A stretch of 64,000 nucleotides of DNA, from assembly GCA_965223545.1 (NCBI GenBank), contig OZ245006.1, forward strand, positions 7,680,001 to 7,744,000, given 5' to 3'. Both the position numbers and the translations under genes were made by a program. The DNA is from Planctomycetota bacterium. GTDB lineage: Bacteria; Planctomycetota; UBA1135; UBA2386. Under the pieces are notes generated by a model. It was not told the DNA's origin, made no database searches, and saw nothing but the letters and a program-made list of their open reading frames with translations. Shown here piece by piece: positions 19,392-28,725 of this stretch (position 1 is the first letter of the stretch; each line of letters opens with the position of its first letter).

Positions 19392-20945
19392 GTGACGCCG
19401 CTCACGGACCTCGACGAAGCCAACTCGACGATCGTCAAGCTGCGCGCCGAGATCGAGCGCCTTCGCGGGCAGCTCGAACTGATGAAGCAGCGCACGTTCG
19501 GACGGCGCCGCGAGCACATCAATCCGAACCAACTGCTGCTGTTCGAGGCCGGCGTCGCGCAGCTCGAAGAGCTGCGGAAGCAGGCGCAGGAAGCGGAGCA
19601 GTCGAGCGAACTCGCGAAGCCTGACCCGAAGAAGAAGCGGAAGCACGGTCACGGTCGCGGTCAGTTCGCCGAGCACCTGGATCGGCATGTCGTCGAGGTC
19701 GACGTGCCGGAAGCGGAGCGCTGCTGCCCCGAGTGCGGCGAGGCCATGCACTGCATCGGGACTGACGTCACCGAGCGTGGCCACATCATCCCAGCGCGGT
19801 TGGTCGTGAAGCGCTACGTGCGCAACAAGTACGCGTGCCCGCACGGGCACAGGATGAAGATGGCGTCGATGCCTGCCGGCGTCGTCGAGAAGGCGAAGTA
19901 CGAGCCCTCCGTCTACGCGCATCTCGTCACAGCAAAGTACGGCGACCACCTGCCGCTGAACCGCCTGCAGGGGATCTTCCGCCGCTTCGGGGCGCACGTC
20001 CCGAAGCAGACCATGTGGGACATGCTGGCGCGCTTCGACGAGATCGCGGCGCGTCCGATCCTGGCCGAGATGCGGCGCCAGCTGCTTCAAGAAGATGTTC
20101 TTCAAGCCGACGAGACCCCGATCAGGGTGCGACTGGAAGGCCAGAAGGGCACCCGGCGCGGTGTGCTCTGGGCCTGGCGGAGCGCTCGCGGCAGCCCCAA
20201 CGAGATGGTCGTGGCCGACTTCAGGGACAATCGATCCGCGAAGGGGCCCAACGCTTTTCTCGGCGCGTGGTCCGGGACCTTGTTGACCGATGGCTACGAC
20301 GGTGTGAACCCGAAAGCGCAGCAGAACGCGATCACGCGGGCTGGGTGCTGGGCGCACGCCCGTCGGAAGTTTCGGGATGCGCTCACTGCTGGTGCATCAC
20401 GGGCTGGTTTGGCGCTGCGACCGATCCAGAGGCTTTTCTGGATCGAGCGCGCCGTACTGTCCCGAGCGAAGGACCGGAACCTGACCCGTGAAGCCCTCAT
20501 CGAACTGCGTGAGACCGTTCGTAGCCGCAGATCCAAAGCGGTGCTCCACGGCCTCTACGAGATCGTGTTCGGCCTCCAAGAGGACCCGGCGACCGCGGGC
20601 AACGAGCTGCTTCGCAAGGCGGTGAGCTACGCCATCCGGCAGCGGAACCCGTTGCTCGCGCACCTCGACGACGGCCGGCTGCCGATCCACAACAACGACA
20701 CCGAGCGTGACCTGCGCCACGTCGTGACCGGCCGGAAGAACTGGATGACGCTCGCCAGCGAGAAGGGTGGCAACGTGGCAGCTCGCCTCTACTCGATCGT
20801 GCTCAGCTGCAAGCTGGCGAAGGTCAACGTCGAGCGCTACCTCGAGGACGTCCTGGTCGCCGTCGCCACCACGCCGTCGTCGCGCATCGCCGAACTCACG
20901 CCCTGGGGATGGGCGAAGGCACGCGCTGCCGGCCAGTCCTGCTGA
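19392..20945 (+). CDS. tnpC: IS66 transposase TnpC
   Basis: Near-identical to 5778-7331. Confidence 0.93.
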   Translation: MTPLTDLDEANSTIVKLRAEIERLRGQLELMKQRTFGRRREHINPNQLLLFEAGVAQLEELRKQAQEAEQSSELAKPDPKKKRKHGHGRGQFAEHLDRHVVEVDVPEAERCCPECGEAMHCIGTDVTERGHIIPARLVVKRYVRNKYACPHGHRMKMASMPAGVVEKAKYEPSVYAHLVTAKYGDHLPLNRLQGIFRRFGAHVPKQTMWDMLARFDEIAARPILAEMRRQLLQEDVLQADETPIRVRLEGQKGTRRGVLWAWRSARGSPNEMVVADFRDNRSAKGPNAFLGAWSGTLLTDGYDGVNPKAQQNAITRAGCWAHARRKFRDALTAGASRAGLALRPIQRLFWIERAVLSRAKDRNLTREALIELRETVRSRRSKAVLHGLYEIVFGLQEDPATAGNELLRKAVSYAIRQRNPLLAHLDDGRLPIHNNDTERDLRHVVTGRKNWMTLASEKGGNVAARLYSIVLSCKLAKVNVERYLEDVLVAVATTPSSRIAELTPWGWAKARAAGQSC

Positions 20946-21214
20946 GACGCGTCGGCGGTCGCTTTTCAACCGCTGGCCGCCATGGCGTCACCGGACGCTT
21001 ACTCTACAACAACCAGAGTGAGGTGGTGCGCGAGGCGCTGCGGTTGCTGGCCGAGCAGGACCGGCTGCGCGAGGCGCACCTCGAGAGGCTCAGGACGGCA
21101 CTGGCGGCGGGGCTCAAGGAAGCGGACCGCGGCGAGCTGCTGGACGGTCCGGAGGTCGTCGGCGAGATGCGCGAGTTCTTGCGGCAGCGCGGGAAGTCCG
21201 GGGAGAGGGGCTGA

Positions 21215-21405
21215 GTGGCCTACCGACTCAGCCCGCAAGCACGACAGGGATTCCAGAGCATGCTCGACTACGTGGATCGTGAGTTCGGCGTCCGCGTTGC
21301 CGGTCGCGTCCTCGACGAGTTGGAGGCGGCGTTCGAGAGCTTGGCTGAGAACCCGCGCATCGGGGACCGCCGCGAAGACCTCACTGCCGACGATGAGATA
21401 CGGCT
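21215..21405 (+). pseudogene. parE: ParE/RelE toxin, C-terminally truncated
   Basis: MAYRLSPQARQGFQSMLDYV..LAENPRIGDRREDL..IR, then similarity is lost; the usual Y-x-I-x-Y and VLH C-terminus is absent. Confidence 0.75.
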
Positions 21406-21578
21406 CGCCGCTCGGCATCCGCATTCAGCTGCGCCGGCCACGTTCACATCGAAGACTACACGACTATTGGTGGGATTGAGCACCAATTCCGACCAGCCGT
21501 TCTCAAACGGCGGCGTGCCGGACATCGGGCTCGAGTGCGCCGGCAAAGGTGGGGGTGGGCGACGAGGTGGTGGCGCTC

Positions 21579-21870
21579 GGCGAGCGCGCTGCCGCGACGG
21601 CGTGTGGTAGCTGCGTCCGGCCGAGTCGGAGCGGGCGCAGCGCGAGGAACAAGCCACGACCGCTGCGGATATGCTGCGTAACATGGGGCTGGCTCGCCCC
21701 GCGGCGACACGTAGCACGTCGCGTGGACCGAGTCGTCACCGGACGCGGCCCGGGCCGACTCGGTCTCTCGCTTCTGTCACTGGGATAATCCGGTCACCGA
21801 TATCGCATCTTCAGTTTGCTGCACCGGAAGAACGTGACAGTGGTCCACCTGGGCTACGTGACCGCTGACA
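21579..21870 (+). mobile_element. Second, diverged right end of the ExeA/HTH transposon
   Basis: Aligns with 770-789 + 3290-3562 without the IS66; same TGACA terminus; HTH tail has an internal TAG. Confidence 0.8.
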
Positions 21871-22130
21871 TCTACCAACAGGTGGGTTTGGTGCTGGGCG
21901 AGGCCAACCGCATCCAAGGCCTCGGCGACATCGCGCTGGCGGGGTCGGGGCGCGACGCCGCGCCGGGGGGCCCACGAAGAGGCACTAACGCTCTACGAGC
22001 GAATCCCGGAGCCCTGCAGACGAATGCACGAAAGCACGAGCGATCCGCGGTGTCCGCGTGGTGTGCCATTGGCCGCGAGGATCTGATCCAGCAATACGGC
22101 TTGACCGACTGCGGAGAGGGAGCTGATTGA
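21871..22130 (+). pseudogene. Degraded 3' fragment of a TPR-repeat protein
   Basis: YQQVGLVLGEANRIQGLGDIAL, then after a frameshift HEEALTLYERIPEP; TPR-like pattern starting at the transposon end. Confidence 0.55.
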
Positions 22131-22186
22131 CCGGTCGTCTGTGGCGCTTCGTCATCGCGAGGAGCGTCGACGACGTCCGCGCCCGC

Positions 22187-22438
22187 CTACTCCGCCCGGC
22201 GCACGAAGCTCGCGAGCAACAGCAAGACCACCGCACCCAACAACGCCGTAAAGATCGCGCCGACGATGCCCTCGCCGAGGTGTAGGCCGAGCTGGCCGCA
22301 GAGCCAGCCGCCGACGATGCCGCCGAGGATGCCGACGATGATGTTGCCGAGGAGGCCGAAGCCGCGGCCCTTCATCAGTTGGCCGGCCAGCCAACCGGCG
22401 ACGGCGCCGACGAGGAGGAAGACGATCCAGTGTTCCAT
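22187..22438 (-). CDS. GlsB/YeaQ/YmgE family small membrane protein
   Basis: LLVGAVAGWLAGQLMKGRGFGLLGNIIVGILGGIVGG. Confidence 0.9.
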   Translation of the reverse strand: MEHWIVFLLVGAVAGWLAGQLMKGRGFGLLGNIIVGILGGIVGGWLCGQLGLHLGEGIVGAIFTALLGAVVLLLLASFVRRAE

Positions 22439-22548
22439 GCCGGCAGTCGATCCGGCCGGAGCCGCCGTGGCCATCGGGAAACCCCGGATTTGGCCGGCGG
22501 GGAATGCCCTCGGCAGGCGGTGCAGCCTCCCGGGCGTGGGGGAGCGCC

Positions 22549-23979
22549 TCAGAGGTCGCCGAGCACGGCGATCGCGAACACCGGTGGCAGCAGCGCGCGC
22601 AGCGCCGCCGGCTCCCGCTCTCGGTCGCGCAGGCGCCAGGCGCGCAGCAGGCGCGCGCGTTCCCCCGCCCCGAGGCGTTCGTCCTGCAACGCCGCCACCA
22701 GCCGCGCGCCGCCCTGTGGGTGCCGGGCGCGCAACAGCGCTTCGATGCGCACCGCCTGCAGTCTGCGGTCGCTCGCCGTCGCCGGGGCGTCGAGGTCGGT
22801 GGGCAGGGCCGTGCGCGGCGCGAGCAGGGCCAGCCCGGCGGCGGCGCGGGTCAGGCTGTGGCTCTCCTCGAGCTCCAAGAACAGCTCTTGCAGGGTGATC
22901 ACGGCCTCGCGGTCGCCGGTGCGCGCGGCCAGCGCGGCCGCTGCGCTGCGCACCGCGCCGCTGTTGCGCCGGTCGCGCGCGACCTGCAGGCAGGCATCGG
23001 AGAGATCGGTTGGCAGGGCGCGGCCGCGGTCATGCGCCGCCAGCATTGCCTGCTGCACGCGCTCGGTGGGATGCTGTAGGGCGCGCAGCAGCAGGTCGCG
23101 GCGCGCCACCTGGGCGCCGAACGCGCGCACCGCGGCGACCGCCGCCGCCACCTCGACCGGCGCAGTGCTCTTCAGCGCGTGCTGCGCTGCGACCAGCGCA
23201 GCCGGCGCCCGCGCCGCGGTCAGCGCGCGCAGCGCGGTGCCGCGCACCTCCGGACTCGGATCGTCGGTGGCGAGCGCCAACACCAGCGGCGCGACCTCGG
23301 CGGTCAGCGCCTGCGGGCGCCGGAGCACCGCCTCCAGAGCGCCGAGGCGGTCGTGCTCGGCCTCGGCGCGCAGCCACTGGCGGAGGTCGAGCGCCCGCCC
23401 GTCGCAGGCGGCCCACGCGCGCAGGGTCAGCCGGCGCAGCAGGGGATCGCGATAGCTCTTGTCGCCGAGCAGCCGCTCCAACGCCGGTGCCCGGCTGGCG
23501 TCGCCGCGGCGCGCGATGCCGTGCAGCAGGGCGGCCAGCGGCTCCCGGTGCCGCCGATGGCCACCGCCGCTGATCCGCCGCAGAAAGCCGTCGACGGCGC
23601 GGGCGCCGCGATCGTCGGGCAGGATCGCGAGGGCGTAGGCGGCGGCCGCGCGCCGCGCGACCGAGTGCCCCGGGCGCAGCAGCACGTCGCCCAGCAGCGA
23701 TTCCGCGCCGGCCGTGCCGAGCTCGCCGAGGGCGACCAGCGCCCGCACCGCCGCCTGCGGGTCGCGGTGGCGGGCCAGCGCGAGTAGGCGGGGATAGTGG
23801 CGGGAGTCGCCGCTCACCGCCAGCGCCAGGGCGGCCTCGCCGCGCACCTCGCCGTCGTCGTGGGCCAGCATCGCCGCGATCGAGGCCTCGACCGGCGGCG
23901 CCGCGTCCTGCGCCACCACTCCTGCGGCGACCACCACGCCGGTCACGAGCCGGACGAGTCGGTGTGCGCAGGCGCTCAT
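22549..23979 (-). CDS. Exported HEAT-repeat protein
   Basis: Signal peptide; repeats DGEVRGEAALAL and DPSPEVRGTALRAL. Confidence 0.7.
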   Translation of the reverse strand: MSACAHRLVRLVTGVVVAAGVVAQDAAPPVEASIAAMLAHDDGEVRGEAALALAVSGDSRHYPRLLALARHRDPQAAVRALVALGELGTAGAESLLGDVLLRPGHSVARRAAAAYALAILPDDRGARAVDGFLRRISGGGHRRHREPLAALLHGIARRGDASRAPALERLLGDKSYRDPLLRRLTLRAWAACDGRALDLRQWLRAEAEHDRLGALEAVLRRPQALTAEVAPLVLALATDDPSPEVRGTALRALTAARAPAALVAAQHALKSTAPVEVAAAVAAVRAFGAQVARRDLLLRALQHPTERVQQAMLAAHDRGRALPTDLSDACLQVARDRRNSGAVRSAAAALAARTGDREAVITLQELFLELEESHSLTRAAAGLALLAPRTALPTDLDAPATASDRRLQAVRIEALLRARHPQGGARLVAALQDERLGAGERARLLRAWRLRDREREPAALRALLPPVFAIAVLGDL

Positions 23980-24136
23980 GGCTGTGCGTTCTTGCCCATG
24001 GATTCGTCGTCGGATTCCCGCACCCGATGGCGGCGGCGTGGTGCCCCCCCCATGGGAGCTTGGGAAAGTCTACCGGACCGGCGGCGCGAACGTCGCTGTC
24101 ACCGCCCGGCCGAGGCCCCCGCAAAGGGGTGTCGCG

Positions 24137-24152
24137 TGCGATGCAAAGGCCA
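24137..24152 (-). promoter_or_regulatory. Possible sigma54 promoter for the HEAT-repeat gene
   Basis: TGGCCTTTGCATCGCA has GG-N10-GC spacing but an imperfect consensus. Confidence 0.3.
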
Positions 24153-24195
24153 TTCCATGCGACGCGCGGCCGGCCGATGATGTTCCGACGTCGCG

Positions 24196-25365
24196 ATGAA
24201 GATCGGCTACTTGGACTGCTGTGCCGGCGTCGCCGGTGACATGTGGGTCGGCGCCCTGCTGGACGCGGGGCTGCCGTTCGCCGCCGTCGAGCGCACGGTC
24301 GCGGCGCTGCCGCTGCCCGGAGTGAGCGTGCGGCAGCACCGCGTGCTGCGCGCGGGCCTCGGCGCGGTCCAGTTCGAGGTGTGCCGCGCGCCGGGGCCAC
24401 GACCGCACCGTCATTTGGCCGACATCGTCGCCATTCTCGAACGCGCCGCGATTCCCGCCCGTGTCCGGCAGCGCGCCGTGCAGGTGTTCACCGTGCTGGC
24501 CGAGGCCGAGGCCACCGTGCACCGGACCTCGGTGGACGCGGTGCACTTCCACGAGGTCGGCGCCGAGGACACCATCGTCGATGTGGTCTGCGCCTGCGCC
24601 GGCATCGAGGAGCTCGGCCTCGAGCGGCTCTATGCCTCGCCGGTCGCGGTCGGCAGCGGAGTGGTGCACTGCGAGCACGGCACCCTGCCGGTGCCGGCGC
24701 CGGCGACGGCCGCGCTGTTGACCGGGGTGCCGGTGGTGGCCGGCAGCGTGGCGGGCGAAGCCACCACGCCGACCGGCGCCGCGCTGCTCAAAGTGTGGGT
24801 GGCCGAGTTCGCCCCGGCGCTCACGTGGGTCCCCGAGCGCTCGGGCTACGGCGCCGGCGAACGCGATCCAGACGCACTCCCCAACGTGCTGCGGCTCACG
24901 GTGGGCCACACCGCCGCCGCCCCCGCGCACGCGGTGGAGACCGTGCTCGAGCTGCAGTGCACGCTCGACACCGCCTCCGGCGAGCAGCTCGCCTACCTGA
25001 TCGACGGCGCGCTCGCGCGCGGCGCGGTCGACGCCCACGTGCAGGCCGTGCACATGAAGAAGGGGCGGCCGGGCCAGCTGCTGTCGGTGCTCTGTCCGCC
25101 CGCGCAGCGCGATGCGCTGCTCGAGTTCCTGCTCGAGGAGTCGACCAGCTTGGGGGTCCGTTGGCGTTCTCTGCAGCGCGCGGTGCTCGAGCGCTGGGGC
25201 GAGGCCGTCGACACCGAGTGGGGTGTCGTGCGCTACAAGGTGTGGCGCGCGCCCGGCGGCGACGTGCTGCGCCGGCCGGAAGAGGACGAGGTCCGCCGTC
25301 TGTTGGTCGAGACCGGGTTGTCGCGGCGGGCGTTGCTGTCGCGGCTGCCGGGCGACAAGCCCTGA
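24196..25365 (+). CDS. larC: Nickel pincer cofactor biosynthesis protein LarC
   Basis: YLDCCAGVAGDM, VHFHEVGAEDTIVDV, HGTLPVPAPAT, TPTGAA, MKKGRPG, STSLGVR. Confidence 0.92.
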   Translation: MKIGYLDCCAGVAGDMWVGALLDAGLPFAAVERTVAALPLPGVSVRQHRVLRAGLGAVQFEVCRAPGPRPHRHLADIVAILERAAIPARVRQRAVQVFTVLAEAEATVHRTSVDAVHFHEVGAEDTIVDVVCACAGIEELGLERLYASPVAVGSGVVHCEHGTLPVPAPATAALLTGVPVVAGSVAGEATTPTGAALLKVWVAEFAPALTWVPERSGYGAGERDPDALPNVLRLTVGHTAAAPAHAVETVLELQCTLDTASGEQLAYLIDGALARGAVDAHVQAVHMKKGRPGQLLSVLCPPAQRDALLEFLLEESTSLGVRWRSLQRAVLERWGEAVDTEWGVVRYKVWRAPGGDVLRRPEEDEVRRLLVETGLSRRALLSRLPGDKP

Positions 25366-25383
25366 GGCCTCAATCCCGGCCTC

Positions 25384-26829
25384 TCAGAACTCCTTGCGCC
25401 GGCTGGAGGAGGCGATGCTCAGCGCCTTGCGGTACTTGGTCACCGTGCGCCGGGCGATGTGGATGCCGTGCTGGCCGAGCTCCTCGACCAGCTGATCGTC
25501 CGACATCGGCTTGGTCTTGTCCTCGGCGTCGACGATCTCCCGCAGCTTCTGTTTGATCGCCTGTTGGCTGACCATCTCGCCGCTGTCGGTCACCGTGCCG
25601 CCGGAGAAGAAGCGCTTCATCTCGAAGATGCCCTGCGGCGTCTGGATGAACTTGCCCGAGATCGCGCGGCTCACCGTCGAGATGTGCACGCCGACGGCGT
25701 CCGCCACCTCCTGCATCTTCATCGGCTTGAGGTGTTGGATGCCGTGGCGGAGGAACTCGGCCTGGCGGTCGACCACCTCGCGCGCGATGCGCTGGATCGT
25801 GTTCTGCCGCTGGTGCACGGCCTCGATGAACCACTTGGCGGCGTCGATCTTGCGCCGCAGGTACTCGTAGACCTTGGGGTCTTCGCGCGCCTCCTTGAGC
25901 AGCTTGCGGTAGACCGGCGAGAGCGACAGCTCGGGGATCGAACCGCGCTCGGTGCGCACTTCGAAGCGACCCTCGACCTCGTCGACGGTGACGTCGGGCA
26001 CCACGGTGGCGTTGCGGATCGGGGTGAAGTCCCTTCCGGGGTGCGGGTTGAGGTGGTGTCTGAGGAACTCCCAGCTCTCCTTGATCTCCTCCATGGTCGC
26101 GCCGGTGGCGCGCGCGATCTTCGGCAGCCGGTTCATCGCCAGGTCGTCGAGGTGGTCGCCGACCAGGCGGACGGTGAGCGGGCGGGTGTAGCTGAGCCGT
26201 TCGAGCTGCAGCAGCAGGCAGTCGCGCAGGTCGGCGGCGCCGACACCGGCCGGGTCCAGGTCGCGCAGCAGCGCGATGGCCTCCTCGGCCAGCGGCAGCG
26301 GCACGACCAGATCGGCGGCGACCTGCTCGGCGGTCTCCTGCAGGCGCCCGTCATCGTCGAGGCTGTAGACGAGGTGCTCGATGACGCGAAACAGGGCGTC
26401 GGAGACTTCCATCATCCGCACCTGCTCGAGCAGGTGCTCGGCCAGCGAGCTGTGCGGGCCCGGCGTGTTGTTGAGGACCTCGATCTTGCGGTCGCCGTCC
26501 TCGCCGTACTCGCGCGCCGGCCGCGAGCCGCGGTCGGCGCGCGCCTCGAGCTGCTCGAGCTCGCTCGCGTACTGATTCTGCAGCTTCTCCTCGAGGGAGA
26601 GCGACGACTCGCCGTCCGCCTCGCCGCGTTCCGGTTCGCTCCGATCGTCGCGCTCGCGCTCGCCCTCGCTCAGCTCGAGGAAGACGTTCTCCTGCAGCTC
26701 GGTCTCGATCTGATCCTGCAGCTCCATCATCGGGCACTGCAGGATCTGCATCGCCTGGATCATCTGCGGCGACTGGACCAGCCGCTGCTCGGTTCTCAGG
26801 CTCTGGTTCAGACCTAGGCGCATCGACAT
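25384..26829 (-). CDS. rpoN: RNA polymerase sigma-54 factor
   Basis: Q-rich N-term QMIQAMQILQ, DPAGVGA.DLRDCL, HISTVSRA, RpoN box ARRTVTKYR. Confidence 0.95.
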   Translation of the reverse strand: MSMRLGLNQSLRTEQRLVQSPQMIQAMQILQCPMMELQDQIETELQENVFLELSEGERERDDRSEPERGEADGESSLSLEEKLQNQYASELEQLEARADRGSRPAREYGEDGDRKIEVLNNTPGPHSSLAEHLLEQVRMMEVSDALFRVIEHLVYSLDDDGRLQETAEQVAADLVVPLPLAEEAIALLRDLDPAGVGAADLRDCLLLQLERLSYTRPLTVRLVGDHLDDLAMNRLPKIARATGATMEEIKESWEFLRHHLNPHPGRDFTPIRNATVVPDVTVDEVEGRFEVRTERGSIPELSLSPVYRKLLKEAREDPKVYEYLRRKIDAAKWFIEAVHQRQNTIQRIAREVVDRQAEFLRHGIQHLKPMKMQEVADAVGVHISTVSRAISGKFIQTPQGIFEMKRFFSGGTVTDSGEMVSQQAIKQKLREIVDAEDKTKPMSDDQLVEELGQHGIHIARRTVTKYRKALSIASSSRRKEF

Positions 26830-26920
26830 CGGGGACTCGCGTGGTTGCGGACCACCGCGAGTATACCGGCGCCACGGTTGGACACCTGCTGGCAACCGGC
26901 ATCCCCGTGCCGGAGTCTGG

Positions 26921-28675
26921 TCAGCGCATGTCGACGCGGACCGACTGGCGGGCGCGATAGGTCTGCGCGCCGATCTGCACCAGCGGTCCATCGCCCAACG
27001 ACAGCGGCTGGTTGTTGGCCAGGGGGCCGGTGTGCCCCAGGTTGGCGGTGTGCTCGGCCGACAGGTAGAGGTCGCCGCCGGTCTTGGCCTCGGTGGCGTG
27101 CCGCTTTGGTGGCGACGAGTAGGTCAGGTCGACGCGCAGCTCGGCGGCGGGTCCGCTGGCCGTGGGGTAGACCATCATCGTGTTCTGCGTGCCCGAGAAC
27201 ACCGGCATCACGATCGGGTTGGCGACCGCCGACTTCTGCGCGATCTCGACGTCGAAGTCGCGCACCTGCGTGGTCTCATGACCGCGCACCACCGCGTGCT
27301 GGCGCTCGATGAGCATCGGCAGCGTGATTTCGTGCAGCGTCGCCGGCAGGCTGTCGGCCGCGCCCTGCGCTGCCGTGGCGAACGCGGCCGCGGCGTGCGC
27401 CGGCACCAGCGCGGTGTGCAGGCGGACGCGGGCGGTGCGCAGCTGGCGGTCCTGCATGGCGGCCAGCAGCTGGGCGGCGTCGCGCTGCACGTCGGCGCCG
27501 GCGCGCAGCAGCAAGAAGTTGCCGGTGAGGCGCAGGCCGTCGTGGTCTTCGAGCTGCAGCAGGCTGCGCACTTGGTCTTCGAGAGACGACTCGTCGAGCC
27601 GATCCTCCGCGCCCCAGTCCTCGGCGGCGACCATGCTCTCGGGCTGGTCGTAGTCTTCGCGTACCTTGAGCACGCGCGCGGTCAGGGCGTCCGTCAGCAT
27701 CGCCGACACCGGCAGCACTGCCGTGCCGCCGCCAGCGGGCGGCGCGTCGGCGGACGCCGACAGCGCCAGAACGAAGCGCGAGCCGGCTTCGGGCGCGCCG
27801 CGCACGGTGACCAGCAGGGCGCCGCCGTTGGGGATCCGGCCGGAGAACGCACCCGACGTCGTGTTCACGTGGGGCACGTGGAGCGACGGCATGTCGTCGA
27901 CGCCGATGTTGCGGGTCTCGATCGGCCCGCGCAGCTCGCCGACGCAGAACTGGGCGAACACCGCCAGCTCCTCGGTGCCGATCAGCGCGTGCGGCTCGAC
28001 CGTGAGCTGGACTCCCTCGAGCAGCGAGCGCGTCTTGGGGTCGCCGATGTTGGAGGACTGCGCCACCTCGACGTCGTAGTCGTAGACGTAGCCCGTCGCC
28101 CGCGTGTTGTGCAGGGCGGCCGCGTTGCCGGACACGCAGGTCGAGCGGCCACTCCAGAGCTCGGGCAGCCCGGCGGTCACGGCGGCGAACTGCTCGGCGG
28201 TGGCGACGATCGGAACCTCGCGTTCGTCTTCGATCCCGTACAGCGTCGCTCGTAGGCGGACGTGCCGGACCATCGCGGATGCGATCCGCTGCAGCTCGCG
28301 TTCGACCTCGGCGACGCGGTCGCGGGGACCGGTGAGCCGCAGGGTCATGCCTTGCAAGGACACGGTCATGGTCTCGTCATCGAACTCCTCGGGGGCTTGC
28401 TCGTAGGCGATGTCCGTGATGAAGTCGGGGTCGATCAGCCGTTCGTTCTCTTCGCGTAGACCCAGCAGGTCGGTGGTCTGGTCGCGGAAGCCGAGCAGCG
28501 AACCCAGCCGTGGCGGGGGCACCGCGTCGGCCACGCCGAGCCAGTCGCGGATCGGGATGTCGCGCACCACGCGCGCGGGGTTCGGGTCGGCCTGCGGCAG
28601 CAGGTTGGCGAGGGTCATGCAGGTGGTGACTAGTAGGCTCATGGCAGTCGTCGGTCGGTACGGAGTCCTGGCCAT
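26921..28675 (-). CDS. Exported hypothetical protein with two secretin-like repeats
   Basis: Internal repeat YDYDVEVAQSSNIGDP / RDFDVEIAQKSAVANP; start codon uncertain. Confidence 0.55.
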   Translation of the reverse strand: MARTPYRPTTAMSLLVTTCMTLANLLPQADPNPARVVRDIPIRDWLGVADAVPPPRLGSLLGFRDQTTDLLGLREENERLIDPDFITDIAYEQAPEEFDDETMTVSLQGMTLRLTGPRDRVAEVERELQRIASAMVRHVRLRATLYGIEDEREVPIVATAEQFAAVTAGLPELWSGRSTCVSGNAAALHNTRATGYVYDYDVEVAQSSNIGDPKTRSLLEGVQLTVEPHALIGTEELAVFAQFCVGELRGPIETRNIGVDDMPSLHVPHVNTTSGAFSGRIPNGGALLVTVRGAPEAGSRFVLALSASADAPPAGGGTAVLPVSAMLTDALTARVLKVREDYDQPESMVAAEDWGAEDRLDESSLEDQVRSLLQLEDHDGLRLTGNFLLLRAGADVQRDAAQLLAAMQDRQLRTARVRLHTALVPAHAAAAFATAAQGAADSLPATLHEITLPMLIERQHAVVRGHETTQVRDFDVEIAQKSAVANPIVMPVFSGTQNTMMVYPTASGPAAELRVDLTYSSPPKRHATEAKTGGDLYLSAEHTANLGHTGPLANNQPLSLGDGPLVQIGAQTYRARQSVRVDMR

Positions 28676-28725
28676 TGGGCGACACAGGACGGTGAGTTGG
28701 TCGGGTGGCCGGGTCGGCCGGGGCG

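Larger units (their letters stand above)
18595..21002 (+). mobile_element. IS66-B copy 2 (complete)
   Basis: Same IRs and length as 4981-7388; TSD TCTACAAC at 18587-18594 and 21003-21010. Confidence 0.95.
18526..21214 (+). pseudogene. parD: ParD-family RHH antitoxin split by IS66-B (18526-18594 + 21011-21214)
   Basis: MNVNLTPELDELVQKKVASGLYN|NQSEVVREALRLL..LRTALAAGLKEADRG rejoins in frame. Confidence 0.88.

Noticed and set aside
24196..25365. Lactate racemase (lar) operon
   Set aside because: Only larC is present; dispersed larB/C/E genes are common, so this is not unusual.
26889..26906. sigma54 autoregulatory site upstream of rpoN
   Set aside because: GG-N10-GC spacing is present but the -24 element (GGGGAT) is far from TGGCAC.
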